From Octopus vulgaris (lineage: Eukaryota): a stretch of 64,000 nt of DNA. Of the stretch, positions 24,147-37,307 are shown piece after piece. Under the pieces are notes generated by a model. It saw only the letters and a list, made by a program, of their open reading frames with translations. It made no database searches and was not told the origin of the DNA. Positions within the stretch are counted from its first letter, which is position 1, and every line of letters begins with the position of its first letter. The position numbers and the translations under genes were made by a program. The DNA is taken from the NCBI GenBank assembly GCA_951406725.2, contig OX597835.1, positions 21,824,001 through 21,888,000 of the forward strand, written 5' to 3'.

Positions 24147-24552
24147 CGCAGGAGTGGCTGTGTGGTAAGTAGCTTGTTTACCAACCACATGGTTCTGGGT
24201 TCAGTCCCACTGCGTGGCACCTTGGGCAAGTGTCCTCTACTATAGCCTCGGGCCGACCAAAGCCTTGTGAGTGGATTTGGTAGACGGAAACTGAAAGAAG
24301 CCCGTCGTATATATGTATATATATATGTATATGTGTGCGTGTATGTTTGTGTGTCTGTGGTTGTCCCCCCAACATCGCTTGACAACCAATGGTGGTGTGT
24401 TTATTTCCCCGTCACTTAGCGGTTCGGCAAAAGAGACCGATAGAATAAGTACTGGGCTTACAAAGAATAAGTCCCGGAGTCGAGTTGCTCGACTAAAGGC
24501 GGTGCTCCAGCATGGCCGCAGTCAAATGAGTGAAACAAGTAAAAGAGTAAAA
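24144..24552 (+). mobile_element. SINE family A, full length
   Basis: Head, internal microsatellite and tail are intact. Similar copies: 29443-29855(-), 37055-37473(-), 40160-40598(-), 57139-57525(+), 60375-60778(-). Confidence 0.92.
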
Positions 24553-24554
24553 TA

Positions 24555-24611
<57 letters not shown>

Positions 24612-25034
24612 GATGTTAAATGATGATGATGAGTGTGTTGAAAGAGGGAGAGAGAGACAGTGAGCACATGATTTTGCTGTGTTGAATATGTCATGTACAT
24701 ATGACCCATATTTTCTGGGTCATATGTACATGATCTGAACAAAATTCATTTAATAGTTTCACATGCACATACACACACATGCATCATCATCATCATCATC
24801 ATATATATATATATATATGATGATGATGTCGTTACGTTCCGAGTTCAAATTCCGCCGAGGTCGACTTTGCCTTTCATCCTTTCGGGGTCGATAAATTAAG
24901 TACCAGTTACGCACTGGGGTCGATATAATAGACTTAATCCCTTTGTCTGTCCTTGTTTGTCCCCTCTATGTTTAGCCCCTTCTGGGTAGTAAAGAAATAT
25001 ATATATATATATATATACATATATATATAGTATA

Positions 25035-25268
25035 TACAGTGTTGACCAAAAGTTACCTGACAGTAAATCAAAATTTAATTCTAAAATTTATTTATGTTTA
25101 ACGACTGAATGAATTTAATAAAAGCATCTAAATATGAAACATCGTGAAAATTGTTCAAACTGAAGTCCTTCTTGAGCGACACATTTTCCCATTCGAGTGG
25201 ATACAGAATTACAGAAAGTATTTATGGTATTTTGATTTACTGTTGGGTAACTTCCAGCCAATCCTGTA
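25035..25268. mobile_element. Tc1/mariner-type MITE
   Basis: TA-CAG..AAGTTACCTGACAGTAAATCAAAAT / ATTTTGATTTACTGTTGGGTAACTT..CTG-TA. Confidence 0.75.
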
Positions 25269-25818
25269 TATATACACATACATACATACATACATACATA
25301 CATACATGCATACATACAAAGCATACATACATACATACATACATACATACATACATACATACATACATACATACATACATACATACATACATTCATACAT
25401 ACATACATACATACATACATACATACATACATACATACAAGGCATACATATATACATACATACATACATATATACATACATACATACATACATACATACA
25501 TACATACATACATACATACATACATACATACATACATACATACATACATACTATATACATACATACATACATACATATATACATACATACATACATGCAT
25601 ACATATATACATTCATACATACATACATACATGCATACATACATACATACATACATACATACATTCATACATACATACATACATACATACATACATACAT
25701 ACATCATACATACATACATACATACATACATACATACATACATACATACATACATACATACATACATACATACATACATACATACACTCATACAAGATAT
25801 ACAAGACATACATACATA
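25269..25818. repeat. Long (TACA)n microsatellite
   Basis: About 550 bp, by direct reading. Confidence 0.97.
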
Positions 25819-26867
25819 CTAATGACAAGCTTCATTCAGTTTTTGTCTACCAGATCCACTCAAGAATTTAGTCAGCCCAGAAGGTCTACAGCAGAAGACA
25901 CTTGTCCAAGGTGCTACACAATGACACTGAGCTCGAAATAACATGAGTGGTAAACAACCTTCTTGATAGAAGTCCACTTTGCAACCAAGAAGCCCTAGTT
26001 TCAATCCCATTGTATGGTAGTTCGGGCAAATATCATTTTCTATAGCCTTTGGTCAACTCGTAAGTTGTGAGTAAAACTGGGTAAAATTGGAAACTGCACG
26101 GAAGCCTATATAGAGTAGATTCTACCTATAATTCAAAGAGTACAACTTTGTCACACTCACACATTGTGCCAGGCTGATCCTGCCTGAAAATTACATTTAA
26201 GAGACGTGTGGCTGAGGAGTACTCAGCCTACTAATGTGTTGATTCAAGAACAGGTTTCTCTCTTAGTCAAATGACTGACTCGTCAATGGAAAATGATGTC
26301 AATCCACCGTCATACTACAGGCATGTCCTTATCATCGTCATTCTCATCATCACTGTCATCAACATCATCATCATCATCATTAGCTGCTGCAGCAGTAACA
26401 GCGACATCGTTGCCATTGTCGTCATTGTCGTCATCCTCACCACCAACACCACCGCCATCATCATCATCATCATCATCATCATCGTCATCATCATAAACAT
26501 CATCGTTGTTGTCCTGATCATCATCACCATTATCACCATCATTGTCCTCCTCATTTAATGGCCATCTTCCACACTAGCATAAGTTGGAAGGGTTTGACAA
26601 GAACCAACAAGCCAGAGAACAGCTTTTACAGCTGAATGTCCTTCCTTCGTAATGTCAACAACTCGGTACTTTTTCCATGGCACCAGCTCTAGTGAAGTCC
26701 TCGAGTAACTCACAGGACAGGGTCCTCTCAATGAGGTGCGAGGTGGTTATAGAATTGGAGGAAGTGAAAATATGATGGAACGTACATACATGTGTTGTGT
26801 GTGTGAGTGTGTAATATGTATGTATGCATATCTTCTAAAATTTATCTGGGACTACATTACATATTCA

Positions 26868-27177
26868 CCGTGACTCTCGTGACCGACCAGGCTATCAGAT
26901 GTTGCTAGACATCGCTGGTCACAATGCGCTTTTGCATTGTTTTAGCCTTCAAATGACACCACCCCGCTGGCTAAGCGAGCAGGCCAACAGAAGAAAGAGT
27001 GAGAGGAAGTTGTGGCGAAAGAGTACAGCAGGGATCGCCACCACCCCCTGCCGGAGCCTCGTGGATCTTTAGGTGTTTTTGCTCAATAAACACTCACAAC
27101 GCCCGGTCTGGGAATCGAAACCGCGATCCTACGACTGCGAGTCCGCTGCCCTAACCACTGGGCCGTTGCGCCTCCAC
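26868..27177 (-). mobile_element. SINE family B variant
   Basis: Head identical to 30361. Its alternative 3' part is shared with 46439-46728. Confidence 0.88.
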
Positions 27178-27584
27178 ACATTACATAATATGACCTCATT
27201 TTTATCTCAATACTTTTGATACAGGGAGAGATTTTGCTGCTTTTTCCCCTGCAAGTCAAGCAAGTACATATCTAATATAACAATCAGGCATGTTCAGTTT
27301 TAATGAACCGATGAATACATTTGATTGAAGCAGAGTTCAAATGACCCCGCAAAACCCAAGTAGTGTTTATCTTTTATCGATAACATTTCAACAACTTCAT
27401 TCTCCTCAGTCAAAAACAATGACTACCGTTAAACTTTGATCGCTTTCTCCCAAGTTACATAAATAAACACCTAATTACAAATATGAGTTCATTTAATATT
27501 GTCAATTCACCCAACAGTCTGCTCGCATAATTGTTTTGGCTCTCCCTCATCTAACAACTGGATAGCCACGAGCTTACAACCAAA

Positions 27585-28000
27585 GGATCTTTTCGGTTTG
27601 AACGGCAGTTTTATAAAATAATTTCCACGTAACTAAGCACTTTTAAACTTCGTATACTGGTAGAATGTGTTTATAAAACATCTTTTTCTCTTGACTTTAT
27701 TGAGAAAATTCTATAGTTTGTAAGATATTTGTTGTTTTTTTTTCTTCAATTTCTGCAATTTCAACCAATCAATGACGTCTATTGAGGTGAAAACATTCTG
27801 TGCCGTATGAATATGTGCCTCATTTAAGAAACAGATTGGGTTTATTTACATTTCTGAAGAAAAAAAGATACCTTCCCCCACCCCTAACCCTAACCCTAAA
27901 ACAGATTGAAATGCAATAGATCGATACTAGGGTCATAATTATGGGTGACAGTTTCACATGACACCACTAGAAAAAACTGCTGTTCAAACCGAAAAGATCC
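27585..28000. mobile_element. Merlin-like MITE, copy 3
   Basis: Same TIR, exact 8-bp TSD CAACCAAA, and internal (CCCTAA)3. Confidence 0.9.
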
Positions 28001-28686
28001 CAACCAAACACTAACCAACTGCCTATATAATATATATTTATATATTTCATTTTTGTATTTGGTTTGCAAGATTCTTTATGTGAATTCGTGTGTTGAAGCA
28101 TATTTTATTGTGTCTGGGGAGAGTCATTCTCTTTTAGTACCTTATTATTTAACACACTCACCGGTTCAGTGTTCACTCATTTATTTTTTCTAAATTTATT
28201 TATTTATTTATTTTTCCTAAAATTTTCATTGCATCTCGCAACCTTCTCAATAGTTGTTGAGTCTCAATGGAAATTTTAGAAACAGTAAATAAGTAAATGA
28301 GTGGAAATTAAACCAGTGAGTGTGTTAAATAATAAAGGACTACAAGAGAATGATTCTCCCTAGACACAATAACATATATATAGGATCGATGCCAGAGCGG
28401 CCTGACAGGTTCCCGAGCTGATGGCACGTAAAACGCATTCACTACACTCTTGGAGTGGTTGGCGTTAGGAAGGGCATGCCAGATCAGATTGGAGAGTAGT
28501 GCAACTGCAGGCTTTCCATGCCAGCATGGAAAATGGATATTAAATAATGAAATGATAATGATGATGATGAGATAATGATGATGATGATGATAAAATGATG
28601 ACGATGATGATGATGAGGATATATATATATATATTTAAATAAATGAAAGAATGGAGTCGAACGACGATTTAACAAAATTCCTTTAT

Positions 28687-28767
28687 TCTCGACATATGTT
28701 TCGAAGACTGCATATTCCTAATTCCGAAGGAATAAAGGGTGCATTATGCCGCCTTCTCATCAGGAAA
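28687..28767 (-). ncRNA. Type-I hammerhead ribozyme motif, canonical core, GUC site, extended stem II
   Basis: Minus strand: TTTC CTGATGA GAAGGCGGCATA...TATGCAGTCTTC GAA ACATATGT C GAGA. Confidence 0.78.
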
Positions 28768-28838
28768 GACAAGGAACTTATGTCAGCATCATGACGAACA
28801 AAAACTTTTAGATGACTGCCCACACGGAGTCCATAGTG

Positions 28839-28892
<54 letters not shown>

Positions 28893-29067
28893 GAGTAACA
28901 GCTTTTGTTAAATTTCTGCTGCTTTAAAATAAAGCATATTACTCTACCTCTGGTATTTGAGTACTCTTCTTTCTACCTTGTTTCACATTTATGTGTTTAC
29001 TCCGGTATATATCTATGTATGTATGTATGTATATATGTATGTATGTATGTATGTATCTATCTATCTA

Positions 29068-29112
<45 letters not shown>

Positions 29113-29869
29113 CATCTTTGCATTTGGTTTGCAAGATTCTTTATGTGAATTTGTGTGTTGAAACAAATTTTGTTGTGTCCAGGGAGCATCGTTATGCTAA
29201 TATCATTAACACACATACATTGGTTCAATTCCACCCCTTTATTATTAGTCAAGTGGTTAAATATCCAACTAACTAACTAATTGTTTGTTTAACTTCGTTA
29301 AACCCACATTCATTATATTTTTTTGTTCATTAAAGTCCTCTTGTTGCTATTTGCAAGCTTTTCAGAGACTCCTTTCCCAGTCTGTTGTGGAGGTCATGTC
29401 TGAGACTTGGTTGCTTGTATGCTCTCTCTCTCTCTCTCTTTTGCTCTCTTTTACTTGTTTCAGTCATTTGACTGTGGCCATGCTGGAGCACCGCCTTTAG
29501 TCGAGCAACTTGACCCCGCGACTATATTCTTTTGTAAGCCCAGTACTTATTCTATCGGTCTCTTTTGCCGAACCGCTAAGTAACGGGCACGTAAACACAC
29601 CAGCATCGGTTGTCAAGCAATGCTAGGGGGACAAACACAGACACACAAACACACACACATATATATATATATATACATATATACATATATACGACAGGCT
29701 TCTTTCAGTTTCCGTCTATCAAATCCACTCACAAGGCTTTGGTCGGCCCGAGGCTATAGTAGAAGACACTTGCCAAAGGTGCCATGCAGAGAGACTGAAC
29801 CCGGAACCATGTGGTTGGTAAGCAAGCTACTTACCACACAGCCACTCCTGCGCCTGTAGAATGTGGCAG

Positions 29870-29907
<38 letters not shown>

Positions 29908-30360
29908 GCTTGTGTTTGTGTGTGTGTGTATGCATGTGTTTACTTGCATCCATGTATGTGCATGTCAGTGTATGCATGTGCATATGTATGTATGTATGTA
30001 TATGTGTGTTCTTGTGCATGTATGTGTATTCCTGTATCCGTGTATGTGTGTGCATGCCTGCATGTGTGTGTATGCATATGTGCATGTGTGTGTGTGTGTG
30101 TGTGTGTGTGCACATGTGCTGTGTATGTGCCACTTAGCAATGAATTGGTTCCAGGTTCAGTCCCACAGTGTGGCACCTTGGGCAAGTGTCTTCTATTATA
30201 ACCCCAGACTGACCAATGCCTTATGAGTGAATTTGGTAGATGGAAATTGTGTGGAAGCCTATCATATATGTTTGGGGAGGGGACCTTTGTATCAGTGTTT
30301 GCCCCACCTTTGCTTGATAATTGGTGTTGGTTTCTTTATGTCCCCCATATCTGTCCCTAT

Positions 30361-30745
30361 GTGGAGGCGCAATGGCCCAGTGGTTAGGGCAGCGGACTCG
30401 CGGTCGTAGGATCGCGGTTTCGATTCCCAGACCGGGCGTTGTGAGTGTTTATTGAGCGAAAACACCTAAAGCTCCACGAGGCTCCGGCAGGGATGGTGGT
30501 GATCCCTGCTGTACTCTTTCACCACAACTTTCTCTCACTCTTACTTCCTGTTTCTGTTGTACCTGTATTTCAAGGGGCCGGCCTTGTCACTCTCTGTGTC
30601 ACGCTGAATATCCCCGAGAACTACGTTAAGGGTACACGTGTCTGTGGAGTGCTCAGCCACTTACACGTTAATTTCACGAGCAGGCTGTTCCGTTGATCGG
30701 ATCAACCGGAACCCTCGCCGTCGTAACCGACAGAGTACTTCCATC
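30361..30745 (+). mobile_element. SINE family B, full length
   Basis: tRNA head, and TSD ATCT(G/C)TCCCTATGT. Confidence 0.92.
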
Positions 30746-30902
30746 CATCTCTCCCTATGTTAAAAAATAAACCTCATTTGGCTGGATTCCATGAGAGCAT
30801 CGTCAGCCTATGAACTTTTAAGCTGCCCCTCATGTATGTGTGCGAGTGTATGCGTATATTCTTTTATTCTTTCACATCTCTCTAACTCCGAAACGCATGG
30901 GA

Positions 30903-31287
30903 ATGGAAGCACTTCGTCGGTTACGACGATGAGGGTTCCGGTTATCTGAATCAACGGAACAGCCTGCTCGTGAAATTAACGTGTAAGTGGCTGAGCACTC
31001 CACAGACACGTGTACCCTTAACGTAGTTCTCGGGGATATTCAGCGTGACACAGAGAGTGACAAGGCCGGCCCTTTGAAATACAGGTACAACAGAAACAGG
31101 AAGTAAGAGTGAGAGAAAGTTGTGGTGAAAGAGTACAGCAGGGATCACCACCATCCCCTGCCGGAGCCTCGTGGTGCTTTAGGTGTTTTCGCTCAATAAA
31201 CACTCACAACGCCTGGTCTGGGAATCGAAACCGCGATCCTATGACCGCGAGTCCGCTGCCCTAACCTCTGGACCATTGCGCCTCCAC
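30903..31287 (-). mobile_element. SINE family B, full length, inverted relative to 30361-30745
   Basis: TSD TCCGAAACGCAT. Confidence 0.92.
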
Positions 31288-31539
31288 TCCGAAACGCATA
31301 CACAGATAAACAAAGCTGGGTGGATTCGTTATTTTTTTCTCTTTACCTGTCTGGGTTGTTGAGTATTGCTATCTGGGAGATTTTCTTATAGTTGTAAGAT
31401 AGTTAGTTTTAACTGCTATTTCTAAATTTCGGTATGTGGTGAAGCAAATTTTTGCTGAGCCCAAATTATAATTATACTCATAATAATAAAATTTTATGTA
31501 TAAATATATGTGTGTATATATAATACATACATACATATC

Positions 31540-31591
<52 letters not shown>

Positions 31592-31685
31592 CATACATAC
31601 ATACATACATATATGTGTGTGTGTGTGTGTCTGTGTGTATATATATATTTAGGTATATACATATATGTATGCATGCACGTATATA

Positions 31686-31717
<32 letters not shown>

Positions 31718-31799
31718 CATAAATATAGATAGATGGATAGATAGATGTATAGATGTATATTTCTATATATAAGCATATATATATATGCATATGCATATG

Positions 31800-31833
<34 letters not shown>

Positions 31834-31936
31834 CATACATATACATATATATAAATATATATATATATGTATACACACACACATATACATATACATATGC
31901 ATACATATATACATATGCATACATACATATGTATAT

Positions 31937-31992
<56 letters not shown>

Positions 31993-32163
31993 CGCTAGGC
32001 AGCAAGTCTCTTAGCAACTAGGATTACAGCATCAACAATCCGTTTCAGCTGTGTTTAGGAAAGATAACAAAATGTACGTATATTCAACACATGCATATAG
32101 ATGCACATACATATGTGAGTGTCTGCATGCATGCATTACTATGTTTATATGTGGATATATATG

Positions 32164-32204
<41 letters not shown>

Positions 32205-32543
32205 ATTATAATTACTGATATTATGAATGAATGTCTGAATGTATTATTCTGTTATTCTGCTGTTGGATTCAGCTTGAGGATATGGCCAGGCTGGGGCACT
32301 GTTTATTAATTTGCTGTGAGATTATAAAGATGAAACGTATGTAAACTACAAACAACACAGTAGAAAGGGCTTGGTATCATCATCATCGTTTAGCGTCCGT
32401 TTTCCATGCTGGCATGGGTTGGACGGTTCAACTGGGGTCTGTGAAGCCAGAAGGCTTCATCAGGCCCAGTCAGATCTGGCAGTGTTTCTACGGCTGGATG
32501 CCCTTCCTAACGCCAACCACTCCGTGAGTGTAGTGGGTGCTTT

Positions 32544-33791
32544 TTACGTACCACCCGCACAGTTACGTGCCACCCGCACAGTTACATGCCACCCGCACAG
32601 TTACGTGCCACCCGCACAGTTCCGTGCCACCCGCACAGTTACGTACCACCCGCACAGATTACGTGCCACCCGCACAGTTACGTGCCACCCGCACAGATTA
32701 CGTGCCACCCGCACAGTTACGTGCCACCCGCACAGTTACGTGCCACCCACACAGATTACGTGCCACCCGCACAGTTACGTGCCACCCGCACAGTTACGTG
32801 CCGCCTGCACAGATTACGTGCTACCCGCACAGTTACATTCCACCGCACAGTTACGTGCCACCCGCACAGTTACGTGCCACCCGCACAGTTACGTGCCACC
32901 CGCACAGTTACGTGCCACCCGCACAGTTACGTGCCACCTGCACAGTTACGTGCCACCCGCACAGATTCTGTGCCACCCGCACAGTTACGTGCCACCCGCA
33001 CAGATTACGTGCCACCCGCACAGTTATGTGCCACCCGCACAGATTACGTGCCACCCGCACAGTTACGTGCCACCCGCACAGATTACGTGCCACCCGCACA
33101 GTTACGTGCCACCCGCACAGTTACGTGTCACCCGCACAGTTACGTGCCACCCGCACAGTACGACAGCACAGATTACGTGTCACCCACACAGATTATGTGC
33201 CACCCACACAGTTACGTGCCACCCGCACAGATTACGTGCCACCCGCACAGTTATGTGTCACCCGCACAGATTACGTGTCACCCACACAGATTATGTGCCA
33301 CCCGCACAGTTACGTGCCACCCGCACAGATTACGTGCCACCCGCACAGTTATGTGTCACCCGCACAGATTACGTGTCACCCGCACAGATTACGTGTCACC
33401 CACACAGATTACGTGTCACCCACACAGATTACGTGCCACCCGCACAGTTACGTTCCACCCGCACAGTTACGTGCCACCCGCACATTTACATGCCACCCGC
33501 ACAGATTACGTGCCACCCGCACAGTTATGTGCCACCCGCACAGTTACATGCCACCCGCACAGTTACGTGCCACCCGCACAGATTACGTGCCACCCGCACA
33601 GTCACGTGTCACCCGCACAGTTACGTGCCACCCACACAGTCACGTGCCACCCGCACAGTTACGTGCCACCCGCACAGTTACGTGCCACCCGCACAGTTAC
33701 GTGCCACCCGCACAGTTACGTGCCACCTGCACAGATTACGTGCCACCCACACAGTTCCGTGCCACCCGCACAGTTACGTGCCACCCGCACA
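32544..33791. repeat. Minisatellite with 19/20-bp unit G(A)TTACGTGCCACCCGCACA, about 64 copies
   Basis: Direct tandem array starting at the end of an RTE-tail element. Confidence 0.95.
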
Positions 33792-34052
33792 TGGTATCAT
33801 TAACATATCTGAGCAAACTTTGGTGCATGCATTAAATTGACGGTGCACAAATGCAGAACATTCCAAATTGAATGTATAAACAGAGTTATGCGTCAGTGTG
33901 CATGTGTGCACATTCATGTGTGTGTGTATGCGTGTGTACTGTGGTTAAGCAGTAAGTCTCTTAGCAACCAGGATTACAGTGTCAACAATCCGATCTAGGT
34001 GTGTTTAAGAAAGATAATAAAATGTATGTGTATTTAACACACACATGCATTC

Positions 34053-34087
<35 letters not shown>

Positions 34088-34163
34088 TACAGCTGCACCA
34101 TACATTTAGATACATATACATATGTGAATGTGTGTGAACATGTATAGCTATGTTTATATGTGA

Positions 34164-34211
<48 letters not shown>

Positions 34212-34214
34212 TTA

Positions 34215-34245
<31 letters not shown>

Positions 34246-34391
34246 TTATATATAGAGGGCATTATACATACATGCCAGAAGGCATTATACATACATGCCA
34301 AACGCTAAGAGGGACAATTAGTCATTTCTACCAAAAATATTACTAATCCCACCGAATGCAATTTTTCAAAGTAAGACATTTAAAAAATATA

Positions 34392-34437
34392 GACCTGTAT
34401 CACAGTGATTTCATACTTACGTACTCATCAGCAGGCC
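34392..34437 (-). ncRNA. Compact type-I hammerhead motif in a (TA)n-flanked element (~34257-34629)
   Basis: Minus strand: GGCCTG CTGATGA GTAC-gtaa-GTAT GAA ATCAC-t-GTGAT A CAGGTC. Confidence 0.7.
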
Positions 34438-34625
34438 TGAATGCATTATAAATAAACAACGACCCTGCCCCGCTTAAGTCGATCAGCTAACTGTTCAACA
34501 TCAACGAAGCACATGGGTGAGTTTACATATATTACATCCGGTCAAATGGCAAACTTTTACGAATTGCATTTCGGGAGAGGAAAAGTTTTTTCGGAATAAA
34601 AATTTAGCAAGTTGTCCTTAATTGC

Positions 34626-34673
<48 letters not shown>

Positions 34674-34895
34674 TCCGGGTAGAGGTAGGGGTCAACCAAG
34701 GTTCAGTCCTCAGCCCCCTCCTAGTTATCATAGTCCTCCAGGCAATAACGGAAACTCTATAAGATGTACCCAGTGTAAGCTATGGACACATAAGAGGTGC
34801 TGCAACATCAAAGGAAAGCTAACTGGGAAGATAGTTTTGTATGTGGCAGATATTCAGGAGCAATAAACACTGGAAATGTGCAGAGAACAACTTCT

Positions 34896-35129
34896 TATTT
34901 CTTTATTGCCCACAAAGGGCTACACATAGAGGGGACAAACAAGGACAGACAAAGGGATTAAGTCGATTATATCGACCCCAGTGCGTAACTGGTACTTATT
35001 TAATCGACCCCGAAAGGATGAAAGGCAAAGTCGACCTCGGCGGAATTTGAACTCAGAATGTAGCGGTAGACGAAATACCGCTAAGCACTTCGCCCGGTGT
35101 GCTAACGTTTCCGCCAGCTCACCGCCTTA
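34896..35129 (-). mobile_element. SINE family C inserted in the RTE ORF
   Basis: 15-bp TSD CAGAGAACAACTTCT at 34881-34895 and 35130-35144. Confidence 0.92.
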
Positions 35130-35875
35130 CAGAGAACAACTTCTGTCACACTCCAAGGAGAAAATCTAGAAGTAGTTGACGGTTTCCGTTACCTAGGTGA
35201 CCAAGTCGCTAGTGGGAGTGAATGCTCTGAAAGTGTAGCTGTTAGAATAAGAATGGCCTGGGCAAAGTTCAGAGAGCTCCTACCTCTACTGGTGACAAAT
35301 GCCCTCTCACTCAGAGTAAAAGATAGATTGTATGACACATGTGTACAAACAGCTGTGCTACATGGCAGTAAAACATGGGCTGTGACTACTGAGGACATGC
35401 ATAAGCTTGCAAGGAATGATGCTGGATGTGTAAAGTCAGAGTGCATACTCGAAAGATTGTAAGCGCCTTGAGAGAAAAGTTGGACCTAAGAAGCATCAGA
35501 TGTGGTATGCAAGAGAGACGACTGTGCTGGTATGGACATGTGGTGCAAATGGATGAGGACAGCTGTGTGAAAAAGTGTCACACCCTAGCAGTTGAGGGAA
35601 TCTGAGGAAGAGGTAGACACAGGAAGACCTGGGATGAGGTGGTGAAGTACAACCTTCGAACATTGGGCCTCACTGAGGCAATGATTAGTGACCAAGACCT
35701 TTGGAAATATGCTGTTTGAGAAAACCCAGCAAGCCAAGTGAGACCATAACCCATGGCCTATGCCAGCTGTGTAACCAACCTACTTATGCATTACTTGCGA
35801 AGACCTGTTGAGACAAGTGAAATCACAATCAAAATCAAATTCGCTGACGTGGCCAATGACAGCTCTGCCTGACTG

Positions 35876-36325
35876 GCACACATGCCAATGGAATGTTAAA
35901 AGCACCATCTGAGTGTGATCGTTGCCAGGGCTGCTGACTGCCTCCCATGCCAGTGGCACATAAAAAGCACCATTCGAGTGTGATCGTTGCCAGGGCTGCT
36001 GACTGCCTCCACCATGCCAGTGGCACATAAAAAGCACCATTCGAGTGTGATCGTTGCCAGGGCTGCTGACTGCCTCCCATGCCAGTGGCACAGTGGCACA
36101 TAAAGCACCATTCGAGTGTGATCGTTGCCAGGGCTGCTGACTGCCTCCCATGCCAGTGGCACATAAAAAGCACCATTCGAGTGTGATCGTTGCCAGGGCT
36201 GCTGACTGCCTCCCATGCCAGTGGCACATAAAAAGCACCATTCAAGTGTGATCGTTGCCAGGGCTGCTGACTGCCTCCCATGCCAGTGGCACATAAAAAG
36301 CACCATTCGAGTGTGATCGTTACCA
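35876..36325 (+). repeat. 65-bp tandem repeat (~7 units) in the RTE 3' UTR
   Basis: Unit TAAAAAGCACCATTCGAGTGTGATCGTTGCCAGGGCTGCTGACTGCCTCCCATGCCAGTGGCACA. Confidence 0.92.
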
Positions 36326-36965
36326 GCGTGACCTTATTGGCACTTGTGCTGGTGGCACATGAAAACCAACATTCAAGTGAGGTCATTCCCTCTGTCAAAA
36401 TTGATTTCACAGCACACAACTTATTTTGTGACACAACATATTTATTGCAATGAAACTTCCTCTATTAAACATTAGCTGCAAAACAATTCTTAGCAACCAG
36501 AGATTCCACAAGCTTCACATGTCACATGGACAAATTCCTTCCAATGATATCAGACAAGGCGTTGACACCCAGATATGTTTTGGACAAAACAATTCCCTAA
36601 TTGAGTGTGTCATGGTGTTCCAGTTAATGGCCTATATTGGGGTGTGCAATTAAGCTAAATATAGTAAATCCAGTTTTGTAGACACAAACTCATACACACA
36701 TACACATGAGCATTTCACATCCATTTTCCATGCTGGCATGGACTGCACAGTTTGACAGGAGTTGGCAGGCCAGAGAGCTATACCATGCTCCATTTGTCTG
36801 TTTTGGCATGGTTTCTATGATGGATGTCCTTCCTAATGCCAACCACTTTGCAGAGTGTACTGGGTGCTTTTTACATGGAACCAGGACAGGGACTTTTCAA
36901 GTAGAAATGCTTTTATAAATATATGTATATATGTGAGCATATATATATATACATATGACTATATC

Positions 36966-37046
<81 letters not shown>

Positions 37047-37267
37047 TCTTTCTTTTTTTCTTTTACTTGTTTCAGTCATTTGACTGCGGCCATGCTGGAG
37101 CACCGCCTTTGCTGGAGCAACTCGACCCCGGGACTTATTCTTTGTAAGCCCAGTACTTATTCTATCGGTCTTTTTTGCCGAACCGCTAAGTAACGGGGAC
37201 ATAAAAACACCAGCATTGGTTGTCAAGCAATGCTAGGGGGACAAACACAGACACACAAACACACACA

Positions 37268-37307
<40 letters not shown>

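Larger units (their letters stand above)
34670..36380 (+). pseudogene. Decayed RTE-clade LINE: RT fragment, Cys/His finger, C-terminus and repetitive 3' UTR
   Basis: EFRVEVGVNQGSVLSPLL; NSIRCTQCKLWTHKRC; FRYLGDQ..RIRMAWAKFRELLPLL..LHGSKTW; RRLCWYGHV..RGRHRKTW. Stops and deletions are present. Confidence 0.9.

Noticed and set aside
25115-25941. YIHT/MYVC ORFs (also at 9.3, 29.8, 31.4, 41.0, 43.3 and 46.2 kb)
   Set aside because: These are microsatellite artefacts.
27880-27900. Interstitial telomere
   Set aside because: Only 2-3 CCCTAA units, at a fixed position inside a MITE.
30361-30435. tRNA gene
   Set aside because: The tRNA-like head continues into a multi-copy SINE body with a TSD. The same holds for all other tRNA-like heads in the window.
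32371-33840. 400-490-aa ORFs in three frames; CRISPR-like appearance
   Set aside because: This is a stop-free tandem 19/20-bp minisatellite. It has no unique spacers and no cas genes, and the context is eukaryotic.
35876-36325. Repeat-spacer (CRISPR-like) array
   Set aside because: Whole 65-bp units are near-identical tandem copies within an RTE 3' UTR.
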